A DNA stretch of 64,000 bases. Source: Antedon mediterranea. Taxonomy: Eukaryota > Animalia > Echinodermata. The stretch is from the NCBI RefSeq assembly GCF_964355755.1, contig NC_092672.1, positions 36,524,437-36,588,436 of the forward strand. Reading direction: 5' to 3'. The notes under the pieces were generated by a model, which was not told where the DNA came from, ran no database searches, and saw only the letters and a program-made list of their open reading frames with translations. A program made the translations under genes and the position numbers. Shown here piece after piece: positions 1 through 12,654 of the stretch (position 1 is the stretch's first letter; each line of letters opens with the position of its first letter).

Positions 1-12
1 AACATTAAACAG

Positions 13-216
13 GTTTAGAGGAGTTGATGAATCAACTTATTAAACCCAATAATGTCACTCGTCTGTGTAAATTGGTCTTACCATCATCCGGTTATTCTTG
101 CCTTTAAACTACTCTTCATTGTATCCAATTTTAAAAATTAATTTTCTCTTTTCTTTCTGTAGAACGGAGAAAACTTTCAATCAATGTTGCAACAAGCGAA
201 AGAAGAGTTCCTGTGA
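13..216 (+). other. Possible terminal exons of an upstream gene
   Basis: Acceptor-like sites occur at 12/13 and 162/163 (polypyrimidine tract plus AG), followed by AT-rich 3'UTR-like sequence. The frame and product cannot be determined. Confidence 0.3.
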
Positions 217-2387
217 GCTGTAGAATGAATCACAGAGGGCGCTTTGATATCAGACATGTACAGAGAAGAATATACCAATATTATATATATCCCTATGGTT
301 AGATTTATCTACTGCAGTAACTGTTGTTGAGTATCACACCACCTGCAGTGGTACTGCAGTAATTAATATTTACTATGTATAGTGCTCATAATGGTGTTTT
401 AGGTTTGAATTCTACCCTTTTTTGCTGAAATTCATTGGTATATTTCACCATACAGTATTTCCAAATGTCATCATGGGACAGTGCTTATGAAACAACCAGT
501 GATTACTGCAGTGACTGCAGTAGATTGGTTTGACCTGGTCAAACACTCTTTCACTTATATATAAATATCTTACAATTTTTGTGAAGGATCTTTTTATAAC
601 TTTTGTAAATACATTCTGATATATTACTTTAGGGTAACATTATGTTAAGTAGGATCATGTACTGAAGAAAAAAAAAACTATGTATTTAATGAAGTGCTTA
701 TTTGAAATAATGAAAGTAAATAGAAAACCAGGAAGTGTGTAACTTTGCAAAATCCATCGCTTGTGGTATATTCCTAATTTTAGCCATTTTCAAAAAATAA
801 ATATATATAACTTAACAAAATAGGCTAAACAGTGACACAAAATTGCACAGGAAAACTATTGAAATTTTTCCATACATACAAATATTAATAAAAATATCAA
901 ACTATTGAGATTTTAGTAGCTATATCCATACATACAAATATTAATAAAAATACTGAAAAGATGACAATTCTGTGGGTATTAGTGGCTGGATCTCAATAGC
1001 AAAAAATATTTGCGCAGATATTTTAGTAGCATCATCTCTCCATACGCAAATAACTAAAAAAAAATTACATTGATGTGGGTATCAGTGGCTGGATATTAAC
1101 GGAGATACAAAATAAAAAAGCAAAAAGCTCAATCAAAATGATAAAGTAAAACAACCAGAAAAAAATTGCAAAGCTTCCTAACCCTCCCTCAGTGCATATA
1201 CTTTAAATATTGTTACATTTTAAGAAGGGTCTACTCAATTTCAAGTATGTTCTCCCAAATTCTACAAAATAATCATAAACATTAGATAACAAATAATTGA
1301 AATAGTCTGTGCTCGAGTAAACATTTTGTAACTGACATTAATTTTTAATCAAGATATATATAAAATTTGAAATATTATTTCTGCTTTAAGAAAAATCAGA
1401 AGTCTCCCAAATCATAATTAAGTAATTTAGTATAAATATATAATATATGCTTCAATTTTAGTTTGTTTTCACAAAGTCTATTCACCTTTTAGCCTAAATT
1501 GGACAATTTTTATGTTTATTCTCGTAAATTATTATCAAAAAAATAATTGAAAAACTTGTTTTAAAAGTACTTTGTTTGAGGAATGTGCTAACCAAAAGCA
1601 TAATGGTCATTTTGCTATCTTACAATGCTAATACAAATTGCACAAATGTTTAAATAAGACATCGTTGTGTTTACTGCCAAAAATATACATCATTTTAAAT
1701 GATTTTCATTTAAACTATTCATTTAAATCATATAATCGTACAATATTAAATTGATAGCGAACATTAAGTGTTAAATGAACGGCGAACAGTAAGTGTTAAA
1801 GTAAAATTTGTGACGAAAAACTTTTGTCGGGTAAAAACTTAAAAAGTGAAAAAAAAAAAAGAATTAAACTTTAAGAACCTAAGCACAAGCGTGCGTTGCG
1901 GCTGGCGATGATTTCGATTTTCTTTTAATTTTAATTATATTTTATTTTATGTATCAAACGTTATATTTTGAAAAATTGGCAAATGTTTTTGAACAACCAT
2001 AATGAAAATGTAATTTGATTACAATAGGAAATTATTTATTATTTGCATAATTCTTAGTTTCAGATATGCACACAGTTTAGATGTACTCCAGACATGATAC
2101 CTGTAGTTAATGATGATAATAAACATATTATATATTTCGGTATCAGTTTGAAAATGCTATATTTGGTTATATAGTCATATTATTTATGAAATAGACATTG
2201 TACTTGGAAATCATTGTAAACATCTGAAATGAGTTTGATCATAGAGATATTTCTCTATGATTTGATATAATCGTAAACAAAGTTTGTATAATGTACACTT
2301 TTAACACTTAAATTACAGAACGTTTTAAACGTTGTCTTTGGTCAAAGACTACACCCCTATAATGTATATTGGCAGATCTGACCATAA

Positions 2388-2704
2388 AAGCCAATTTTCA
2401 CAGACGAGCGGTAACGGTAAGCAGAAAACCGCGTAGCTTGTTCCGCGTACTATATGTATCTATCCTGAGAGCGGAAAAAAGCGTAACTTGTCCCACGTAT
2501 TATGTATCTATCCTGAGAGCGGAAAACCGCGTAACTTGTCCCACGTATTATGTATCTACCCTGAGAGCGGAAAACCGCGTAGTTTGTCCCACGTAGATTC
2601 TGTATCTGGGCTCCGCATTGTGTGTAAATGGTCATAAGGAATAACATTAGATTCTGTATTTTTGTTACCGTTACCGTTACCGTTCGTCTGTATAAATTGG
2701 CCTT
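2388..2704. mobile_element. PIF/Harbinger-like MITE with internal 50-bp tandem repeats
   Basis: TIRs are AGCCAATTTTCACAGACGAGCGGTAACGGTAA and TTACCGTTACCGTTCGTCTGTATAAATTGGCCT. There are about 3 internal repeats, and a related shorter copy lies at 55189-55361. Confidence 0.75.
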
Positions 2705-3705
2705 AATTTAGTATTTTTAGACCATGCCCATCACAAAGTCGTCGTTAATTAATTGTGTAGCCTAACTATCACCCACATTATCATATTCAGACGAGCATGT
2801 AAGTTAATTTAAGTAAAACTTATTTCTACAGTAAATGTGCACTTAATACTATTGTATTTTAGTAGCAACAATTATATTTTATTAAATATTACTATTTATC
2901 CGAATGTTGAACAAAACACAACGTTTATGTCTGATTAGTACATAGGCACTCCACATATTTATTATCAATTATATTATTATAAATAGTTTTATTGACATTT
3001 TGCATCGCATAAATAAAATAGTACTGTATTCTTTTTCTATATAAATAATATGTAAACCCCGGGAGATATAGCTACGTTTCACACGGATCCGTACCGATGC
3101 CGGTATAAACACAAATGTACAGGGTACACACCGAATTGTGTCATCACTATTCGTCCGGCCGCCGGATCAGGGTTGTGTGTGAACGTAGACATGACGTTGA
3201 AATAAATGAATGGGATTTTAAAATATTTGTTGAATTTATTTGTCATTTTTTTATGGAGCCAAAGAAAGAGAAACACCAGAACGCAGCTTTCTATCGTAAA
3301 GCCAAACCATGAGTGAATTTTTGGTTCAGCACAAGCTACCAATGTAAAAGAAATTGAATAAAATGTTTTCAGTTTTATGGCAAGCTGTCGAGGGGTGTTT
3401 TTGCATAACCAGGTGTGACGAAAATTCCTACCATGAATGACGTTGCATCGGTGGAATGGAAGTCGGACGAAAATGTATGATAAAGACGGTTATCACGTGG
3501 ATAAGGCTTCATTCGAAAGGTAGAGCACGAAGGCGCTTAGCCTCTTACCTTTTAAGAATGTAAAATCATGAGTGAACGAAATGATTAGATTCAAGCATTT
3601 ACCATTGGTGTATTGTTAGGAAATACGGTAACGAGTTCTAATCCACAGATGTTCGTTCTTCATGTGCAGTAATGCAAATGGATAAATGTTGTAGATTATT
3701 TTTTA

Positions 3706-4298
3706 TTTCCCGCTAGTAGAGACGCAACACAAGGACGTAAGTAAAGCGTGGTTCCCACTAGAACGCAACGCAGTGACGTATTGACGCAAAGTGTTGTATG
3801 GATTATTCGAACTGTCGCTTGTCATTAGTTCAACGCACTTAAGCGTGGTTCCCACTAGCGACGCAACACAAGGACGTAACGCAACGCAAGTGAATTGACC
3901 AATCACAAGCGATGGCTTATTCGCTTGTGATTGCTAACTGTTTATAACTTCACTTGTCATTGGTTAAAACGCTTGCGTTGCGTTTACGTCCTTGCGTTAC
4001 GTTCTAGTGGAAACCAAGCTTTACGTTGCGTTAACGTTCTTGCGGGCGTCCTAGTGGGAACCAATCTAAAGCTTGGTTCCCACTAGAACGTAACGCAAGG
4101 ACGTAAACGCAACGCAAGCGTTTTAACCAATGACAAGCGAAGTTATAGACAGTTAGCAATCAAAAGCGAATAAGCCATCGCTTGTGATTGGTCAATTCAC
4201 TTGCGTTGCGTTACGTCCTTGTGTTGCGTCGCTAGTGGGAACCAAGCTTTACGTTGCGTTAACGTTCTTGCGTGCGTCCTAGTGGGAACCAATCTAAA
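3706..4298. mobile_element. Cluster of nested Harbinger-like MITEs (family B, TIR AGCTTGGTTCCCACTAG)
   Basis: The copy at 3842-4020 has a TTA TSD and sits inside an older relative. An inverted copy lies at 4070-4248. Confidence 0.85.
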
Positions 4299-4889
4299 AG
4301 ACCGAACACTATAATTAAACCAACATAACCTATTATCGTTGTATGTCTCTATTGACATTCACACTATATTGAGATACAGTTTAACTGTATTGATATACGT
4401 ATACGGTCATTACTGATACCATTGAACGTTTTAATGGTTGATGTGTTTAGCTATTAGTGTTTTATTTTTGGTTGTAGACAATTAGTAATGGTAATTATTT
4501 TCTTGTGTTTGTGCATATAATTCTGCAACAGCTGGATCAAAATGACTTATTTATTTGATAACAAATAAAGTAATAAACCTAAATATACGCAAAGAAACCC
4601 ACAATAATTGCACTTTAAAATAGCACTATTGAGAACAGTTTTTTTTTTATTTATTCCTGATAACCGATCATTGAACCATATTTTCATTAGGTCTGTCAAC
4701 TATCTCAAGCATAACATATTATCAACCACACGTTCTCAAGTTATCCATTACGTATGTAGGCCTATTTAATATTTGACTTCTGCAACTTGTGAATGCTGGT
4801 ATACAGGTGAGAAACAATGACCTATACTAAAGTAGTTTAATTTTGCCATTAAAAAGCTTTATTTCATCTAAATCGACCAACTAAGTAAT

Positions 4890-5066
4890 GCTCTGTCTAC
4901 ACTATCAAACTAATTTGACAAAAAGTGTGATGTGCCCAATATGGTAGGGATATACCCAAATATGGCAGTGATGTACCCAAATATGGTAGTGATATGACAT
5001 CATCGTGTCCATATATGGGTACATCACTTTTTTGTCACATAAAGTTTGATAGTGTAGACAGAGTTT
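4890..5066. mobile_element. Harbinger-like MITE, family A (TIR AGCTCTGTCTACACTATCAAACT)
   Basis: Palindromic ends with TAA/TTA-type flanks. Other full or partial copies lie near 15213-15420, 16192-16266, 16673-16822, 20154-20182, 24772-24812, 27762-27877, 28984-29146, 39262-39402 and 46660-46745. Confidence 0.8.
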
Positions 5067-5448
5067 TAGATGGCCAATGACATACTGCGTTCTCTATGCT
5101 TGCTGTATGTACAGTAGGTTATTATACCTACATGTAGTGTGTGTTTTAGTAGTACAAAGGTGAGACATGTGCATTTTATGGCCTTTTTAATATTTTAACA
5201 CGCTAGCTTTTTAACATAAATACTAGACTATCAAATAATAATGTGCACTACTAATCATTGGTTTATAGTTAAATCAAGACTATCAACAGCCTTACTAGAT
5301 GCAGCTAATTGTTTGGTCCAACAACCATTCGTAAAAAATGTATAAAAGATGATGGGTGTCGGCGTTGAGAGAACAGAGGTAGGCATACGTCATTCAACCG
5401 GTAGTTCGTGACACTGACGTATCCACTTGTGGTAGCCTACGTATTTTC

Positions 5449-5468
5449 TTAAGGCACTATGCCGTTGC
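5449..5468 (-). other. Orphaned original 3' end of the SEC14L2-like CDS (codons GIVP and stop TAA), displaced 9.1 kb by the transposon
   Basis: Joining 14599 to 5468 on the minus strand reads TGC AAC GGC ATA GTG CCT TAA in frame with the last exon. Confidence 0.8.
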
Positions 5469-5499
5469 AGACCTGGTCTCGATCGTAGTGCAATTATGC

Positions 5500-5660
5500 A
5501 GCTCAGAGTCTACAATAATCGTCCTCTGATTGGCCTATGTCTACAAAAGTCTACACTTGATTGGTCAATTGTCTACAATAATTTCACCAGTCTACAATAA
5601 ATGAACTGTGATTGGTTTACGTTGGATTACGTAGTTATGGTAATGAGGAGGCGGAGCATC
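5500..5660 (+). promoter_or_regulatory. Left subterminal region of the transposon: GTCTAC repeats interleaved with inverted CCAAT boxes and a GC-box-like motif; candidate transposase promoter and binding sites
   Basis: GTCTAC starts at 5508, 5539, 5549, 5571 and 5590. GATTGG occurs 3 times, and GAGGAGGCGGAG lies near 5645. Possible 5'UTR exons follow (donor near 5750; exon 6544-6578 bounded by AG and GTAAGT). Confidence 0.5.
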
Positions 5661-6874
5661 TTCATCAAAACATTGTGTTCGTCGCGAGCAACACATGTGT
5701 GTACTACATGCCTGAGAGCTGTCAAGGGAAGATTTTATGCTAAACTTTGGTAAATTTTTAAAGAATATTTAACTGCATAAAATTGGAACTTCCAACTACA
5801 TAAGCATTCAGCAATTATTAGTAATCAAATAATCTGGTTAAACATTGATAACACAGTGGAGCTTACGGCTTGCTACGGCAAGCAAAGGTTGTAATTAGAC
5901 TCCCTCCTGCTTCCATCAAGTAGGGAGTTGTAATTAGACTCCCTGCTTCAAGCAAGCCTTATACAATGGCGACCATGGTTATACTTGTAGCCTGTCGGCC
6001 TAGTAGAGTAGTAGGGCTGGTGGTAGGCGTACTCCTTGAAGTTGTGTTCTCCTGCGGCAGCCTACTTGCCAGACACCATCCAATCCAATGAATAAAGTAT
6101 AATCATGGAGTTATACCTCCATGGTATAATTTAATTTAATTCTATACCATACAAACAATAATATTTAAACCCATTGCATTAAATTGATTTTTATATTATT
6201 TAATAATTTATGAAATAATGTATTTTTTCCCCTAAAAGTAATTTAATGGTTTACTTCTATATGGACGGGCAAAGACAAAGTAACCTGCTATTCTATGTGT
6301 CGGGGTACAGACAAATATGGCGATGCAATAAATACAATTAAAGATTTCAGTCAGCCTATGCTACAAGTAAATGTATTTCAGGTAACAGATTTCAATAACT
6401 TTTTTATCACTTTGTAACATCTGACAATATCTTAATGTAAAAACATTTTTGAAATGGGATATGCTTTATGATGACAGTATATTTCACCATTTCTTATTTA
6501 TAATATATTTTTATATATTTATAATATATTTTTCATCTTGTAGGCCTTCATCTTCAATCTATTTCAGTCAATAACAAAGTAAGTATTTTTTGCCATTTTG
6601 CTTGACATACAAGGGGAATAATTATTTATTAAAAAACAGATACATTTTTATGCGTCATATACTTATTTTTGAAATATTTTTAGTTTAATAATAATTATGT
6701 TGGTACTCGATTATAATGTTCTTCCAATGTTTATGTAAGCACATTCAGCCAGTTTATGTTAAGAATTCTCTTAGAATCATTTTTATTACAAACCTTTTTA
6801 AATTTCTGAAAAGAGACATTATTGTTATTTATAACATTTTTCATTTCCGATTCAAAATATAGGAAGTCCAATAA

Positions 6875-9800
6875 ATGAAAATGCTTCCAAAATTGCGTGT
6901 TCATAATAAAAATATCCCAGCCAATAAACAGCAATGCACTCTGTCATGCACACGTGAAGCTTATGAATATGCAAAGTCAAAGAAAACGTTGGATATTTCA
7001 AAAGAAAGATTATTCAAAGAAGAAACTGGTTTCGAATCGGCTAGACAGGTACTACAACAATCAAGACAAATTATTAACCCATCCAGAATTCAATGCCTTG
7101 GAGAACTGGTCATTCCATTTGGGAAATATTGCAACCAAAATTTCAGATGGCTTTTAGAGAATGATGTTGGTTATGCAAAATAGTAAGTACAAATGACACA
7201 TGTTTTTAATGAAAATAGTTAACATACTGTTTATAAATGGGGTGAACCAGTATTGATATAGTTGGTTACTTTTCTTGTATGATTATGTTTTTTAAATATT
7301 GACAGACATTTTCAATATTAAATTTTTTTAGTGTTATTGACAAACATTTAAAAGAAAAAGTACACCCTGGACGCAAAGTCGAAATACGGGATGGCTGGCT
7401 GAAGGATATGCTTTATGAGTATGCCGAAATGTTTCCTCCTGTAAGCTCTCATCTGGAGAAAAATATAGACTACTGCATATACGGTCAGTTTGGCTTTAGT
7501 GATAAAACATACCTTGAGATGTGGGAACTGTATAACCGTCACAAGACTCGCAATCCTTTAGAAGAAATTGATGATTTGGCAAAACAGGCTTACAATTCTG
7601 TAAGGAAATGGATTCTCACAAAACCTAACTACATATCAACAGCTACCATGAAACGATTTAGATTGTATATTTTATCAAAGGATGAGGATGAGGTGATTAA
7701 CAAATATTGTCTTATATTTATATTTGTAGGTAAATATTTGTAAATAAAAAATTGAATTATAAATTGTTACTGATTTAAAAAAAAATTATATATTCCAGAA
7801 AACTGCTAGACTAGAACAAGATGAAACCAATCGTACAGATGAACAGCCATCAACAAGCACAAGCGACTCAGGTATGAATTAATGCATTACCAGAAATAAG
7901 TTGTTTTTTTTTTAAACAAATTTTATTTAAATACATTTCATTATTATACAGCAATCATTGTTTGCATTAATCTTTAAAAATTCCCTTAATGATTTTTGTT
8001 AAAATAAATTTTTTATGTTTTAGGACCACCATTAAGAAAATATTTAAAACAAATGCAGCATAGTTCGAATATTAAACAAAAGGCTACTGGACAACCTAAC
8101 ATTACAGATATTTCTAGTCAGGTAATTAATTCAAGGATGTCTGTTATATTAGCATTTACTACACATCCCTAAGTGTGTACATAGCATTGTCAATTTTTTT
8201 TTTATGATATATTCCAGAAAACTGCTAATTTTGTTAGTGCAGATGAACAGCCATCAACAAGCACAGCACAGCATAGTACGAACATTAAACAAAAGGCTCC
8301 TGGACAAGCTAACATTAGAAATGTTTCTAGTCAGGTAATTAATTCAAGAATGTCTGTTATATTAGCATTTGCTACACATCCCAAAGTATGTATAAGCATT
8401 GTCAATTTTTTTTTAATGATATATTCCAGAAAACTGCTAATTTTGTTAGTGCAGATGAACAGCCATCAACAAGCACAGCACAGCATAGTACGAACATTAA
8501 ACAAAAGGCTCCTGGACAAGCTAACATTAGAAATGTTTCTAGTCAGGTAATTAATTCAAGAATGTCTGTTATATTAGCATTTGCTACACATCCCAAAGTA
8601 TGTATAAGCATTGTCAATTTTTTTTTAATGATATATTCCAGAAAACTGCTAATTTTGTTAGTGCAGATGAACAGCCATCAACAAGCACAGCACAGCATAG
8701 TACGAACATTAAACAAAAGGCTCCTGGACAAGCTAACATTAGAAATGTTTCTAGTCAGGTAATTAATGTTTTATTTAATTTGTTATACTATCTATATTAT
8801 CTGTGACTCATACTATTTTCAAGCAAATATTTTAAAAATATATTATTATTATTATCATTAACATCATCATTATTATGTTGGTTCTTGTGTGTTTTTTAAC
8901 TCACAGCAGGTTATCTATGAAGGATGGTGCAAAAGCTGGGAAGATAATACCACCAAAGCATCTATACCACCTGAAGACCGTGATTGGTTAAAAAATGACC
9001 AGGATAGGGGAATGTTTGGTCCTGTTCAGATGTACACAGACATTAATGGTGCGCAGCAATACCGTCGTGTTCTGAAAACAGACAGAATGTGGTTTTATCC
9101 TCCAGACAGTCCAGGTCATGTTGGTGGTAGTCCTCCAAATGCTGATGCCTTTTTTCGATCCAGACTGTTCTTTTGGCGCCCAGTTGGTGTATGGAAGTAC
9201 AGCCTAAGATGTCCTCGAACAGATTGTCCTGGTAAAGATAAGCAGGTGTTTTTGTATAAAAGTGGCTACCACGGCAAATGTAGACATGTGTGTGACATCA
9301 ATGGTTGGTATAGTATGCTGACTGAAGTTCTTGCTTGTGGTCCTTGCAACAAGGCAGCATCAGCAATAGGTAAATCAAGCTCATCTAAATGGGGTCGATT
9401 CCTAGCTTGGGACAAATCAATATTGTCGCAATTGACGCCAGCACATCAGGCAATGTTTCCTGCAGTACTTACTGTTTGGTAAGTTAGTTACAAAATTTAC
9501 TCTTCAATTAAATATTAATTTACATATTACTTTCTTTTTATTTGAAAGCAAGACATTTACGGTACTCAAATTAACACTCTTCTTTCATTTCATAGTCGTG
9601 GTGTAGATAAGAAAGTGCTGCAACTCATGAAAGATCGGACTGAAGGCAACACAATGGCAAAAGTATGGCGTCAAGTCCAAGAGAATCATTGCGATGAATA
9701 TCTAAACAGAAAGGATATGTACACAACTCTGCTAATGGACTTGTTAAAGCCTGGAAGCATTGTTTCTTCATTTCGTACAAAATTCAAAGCTCCAAAGCAA

Positions 9801-12654
9801 CGTTGGCAACTCCCATCACCAAGACTTTTAAGACATGCTTTTTTGTTGGGTGAAGCTGATAAAGTAGAAGAATACAGAACACAAATTCTCTCAACATTTG
9901 GAAAGGTCCTGAAATTTGATTCAACTAAAAAGGTAAAACACTTTCATCCAAACAGAATATAAAATACAATATGAAATCCTCCTAAATCCTAAATTTTTCA
10001 TTTTTCCAAATTTGGTACAAATACAAGGATGAGGGTAAATTGCGTCAACTTTCCCCCTCTAAATCCAACTAATGGTAATCCTTATTTTATTTTAGATATG
10101 TAAAAAATTGTCAGGTGAAGGACGAGGGACTGCCGAATGGTGTACAAACATTGGTAATGAAAATAGCCAAATTGTAAGTTTTGTTTTCACATGCGAGGAA
10201 TCGACCAAAATGCTAAAACCCATGGCAGATGGTGTAATGGAGCGTTATAGGCTGGCAGGAGAAGATGCACCACAGCTTATGTATATAGATAGAGGATGTT
10301 GCCGTGAACATGGTGCAACATCAGTAGAAGTCCTCTTTAAAGATTGGGTGGACAATGGAATGGTGATAAGGCTTGATGCTTGGCACTGGATGCACAGATT
10401 TGATGCTGCTGTTCGTACCGACAGTCATCCAAAGTTTGGCCTTTTTAAGTCCGCTTTAGCAGGAGCCGTGTTCGCTTATAACAAGGCAGATATGGACCTC
10501 TTGGTAAAAGCTGTTCGTGCAGGCTCTGACGACAACTACAGTGGGTTATCAGATACAGAGTTGATACACCAGCGTATCTCATCATTGACTGTAAAACACT
10601 ACGTGCGTAGGATTACCCAGGGCAGCCAAGAAACATTTAGGCTTCTGGACTTTGCCATCGAAACTTTAAAAGGTAATGCTGGCCTCGATGAAAATGGAGT
10701 ACCATTATTCAAATCTGATGCTGCTATCGACGAGGTTTGGACACAACAACAGCGTCACTTAGAGTGCATACAGGATCCACCGAACATGCCCATGTATAGA
10801 GTAGCGAAGATCAGTTTGAAGAATGGAATTGACATTCCATATTACACATGCATGCGTGGCAATAACAGCCTTGAAGGTTTTCATAGTCATCTGCCAAAAA
10901 TGATACCAGGTTAGTAATAATACTGCAGTTTATGCATGTACTGTATACAATGTTAGAAGCTATCACCAATATGGAAATTTTTACAAATTAAGAACTATAG
11001 ATAAAAATATTGATTGATAAAGTTCTATGTATCCAAAAAGTTTTAAAAAAATATTTATTTTCAGGTCCTCATTGTGCAGCACGACCCTTCCAGGTGTATC
11101 TATTGAGTGGAATCGCAAGGTGGAACTCTGATAGGGAAGCAGAATCAGTTTTCGGCAGAAAAGGACGTCAGCATAGGGCATATTCGACCAGTTTAATGGA
11201 AAGATTGAACAAAAGATGCGAGAAGCTGTTTGGTGAAAAGGAGGAAAAGAATTTCCGCGTTCCTGCAAAGGCAACAAATGAATTACTTGGTCTTGAGTAC
11301 TTGTTTAACCAGTCAACAGCTTGCTCTGTTGAGGATTTAGAAGATACAGGCCCAAGTATGGAGGAAGAAGTATGCCTTGATTTGGATGATGGCGATGGTA
11401 TTGATGCTGGTTATGATTCCGAAACTGACACGTTCAACAACCATATGAAACCATGTCATGTTGTATATACATCTAAGGAAGCAGCGGAGTCCCACGATCC
11501 TTCAAGTGTAAGTTGATTTCATTATTTTTTTGTATTACAATGCAAACCTGTATACTTTAAATGGGGAATTTAAAAATTATTTCATGTTAGTTTAACTTGT
11601 ATCGATCACGATTTCACAGGAAGATGTCTGTATGAGTAAAAAACATCTCAAGGGATTTGAAAAGGTAGAAATTCTAAGCAACTTGCTAGTAGGCCTGGTT
11701 TTGGACAAGTTACCTATAATACCTTCAAACAAGAGAAAAGAGATTTTTCAAATGTGGGATAGCCTAGATTCACATGATAAATGCTACAAACATTTCCGCA
11801 CAGCTTACAAAACACAATGGGGAAATACCATGTATGGGCGAACAAAGGGTGATGAGATAGAAGCTTCCATAACGCAGCGAATAAAGCATCGCCATCGTTT
11901 CACGCCTGCGCAGAGCATTGATGTGCAGAGAAATCGTTTAATGTTTAGCATTATAAAGCATTTATGGTTACAGTACAGTAGCAATACACTGATTCTGCAG
12001 CGCTATCAGACTTTACAACAGCTTGTAATTGGTGATCCTGTGCTGGGAAAGCTTGGTATTCCACTGGGAAATATTAACTTGAAATGTATTCGAACTTTCA
12101 TACAGAGACAGCAAGCACTTGCTAGTGTCGGATCAACTGAGCAGAGCAGATACATCACAAAGAAAATGGATAGCATCTCAAATACAACTTTGCCGGCTGC
12201 ACCTGAATTCCCAGCGACACAGCCTGAAACTTCCTGGCCAGAAACAACCACTTACCCAGAAATTGAGTGTTTGGCAGGAACAAAAAAAATGAAAAACAGA
12301 ATTGACGAGAGTGATACAAAGAAAGGTGAATTTTCAAAACGAGATACAGCTCCAGTGACAGTGACCTTACCAACTAGTACACAAGTGGAACAAGCACCAA
12401 CGACGTCATGGGCAAGGTCAACCATGTTTAAAAGACGTACACAAGAAAAATCCGGTGAGATTGTTCTGAAAACAAAAAAGAGAAAAGAGGCCCTTCCAAT
12501 TTGTGCGCTGTGTTCCAAACCCATGCATGGCCATAAAAAATATAAGAAAAAAACGTGGTGCGAAGAAAGCAAGAAATCTACATCAAAAGGCCTTAAAACA
12601 ATTAACTTTAATAATTTTGAACATTTTAAAGAAATTGTCGATAATTTAGATTAG
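6875..12654 (+). CDS. Putative multi-exon transposase, about 1,463 aa: FGKY-motif N-terminus, Ser/Thr/Gln repeat linker, Cys-rich domain (DUF6729-like from memory), DDE core, C-terminal CxxC..H..C finger
   Basis: Twelve exons joined by GT-AG introns keep one frame: 6875-7182, 7332-7692, 7799-7871, 8024-8121, 8218-8334, 8430-8546, 8642-8758, 8907-9478, 9596-9932, 10096-10909, 11065-11507, 11620-12654. The sum is 4,392 nt with no internal stop. Candidate catalytic motifs are LKFDSTKK (D at 9918), MYIDRGCC (D at 10288), RLDAWHWMHRF (DxxH at 10375-10386) and RGNNSLEGFHSHL (E at 10873). Confidence 0.85.
8122..8766 (+). repeat. Tandem intron+exon duplication inside the transposase gene (about 212-bp unit, 3 copies)
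   Basis: Three identical 117-nt phase-0 exons at 8218, 8430 and 8642 encode KTANFVSADEQPSTSTAQHSTNIKQKAPGQANIRNVSSQ, each preceded by a near-identical 95-96 nt intron. Confidence 0.9.

Noticed and set aside
4890-5066. Family-A MITEs as non-autonomous partners of the 9-kb element, since both contain GTCTAC
   Set aside because: Their termini and TAA/TTA flanks are Harbinger-like and lack the AGACCT end and the 6-bp TSD.
5463-5470. 8-bp TSD CGTTGCAG (hAT- or Zisupton-like)
   Set aside because: The direct repeat does extend to 8 bp, but that reading makes the termini asymmetric (ACCT...AGGTCT). The 6-bp reading gives perfect AGACCT...AGGTCT ends. Other copies are needed to settle this fully.
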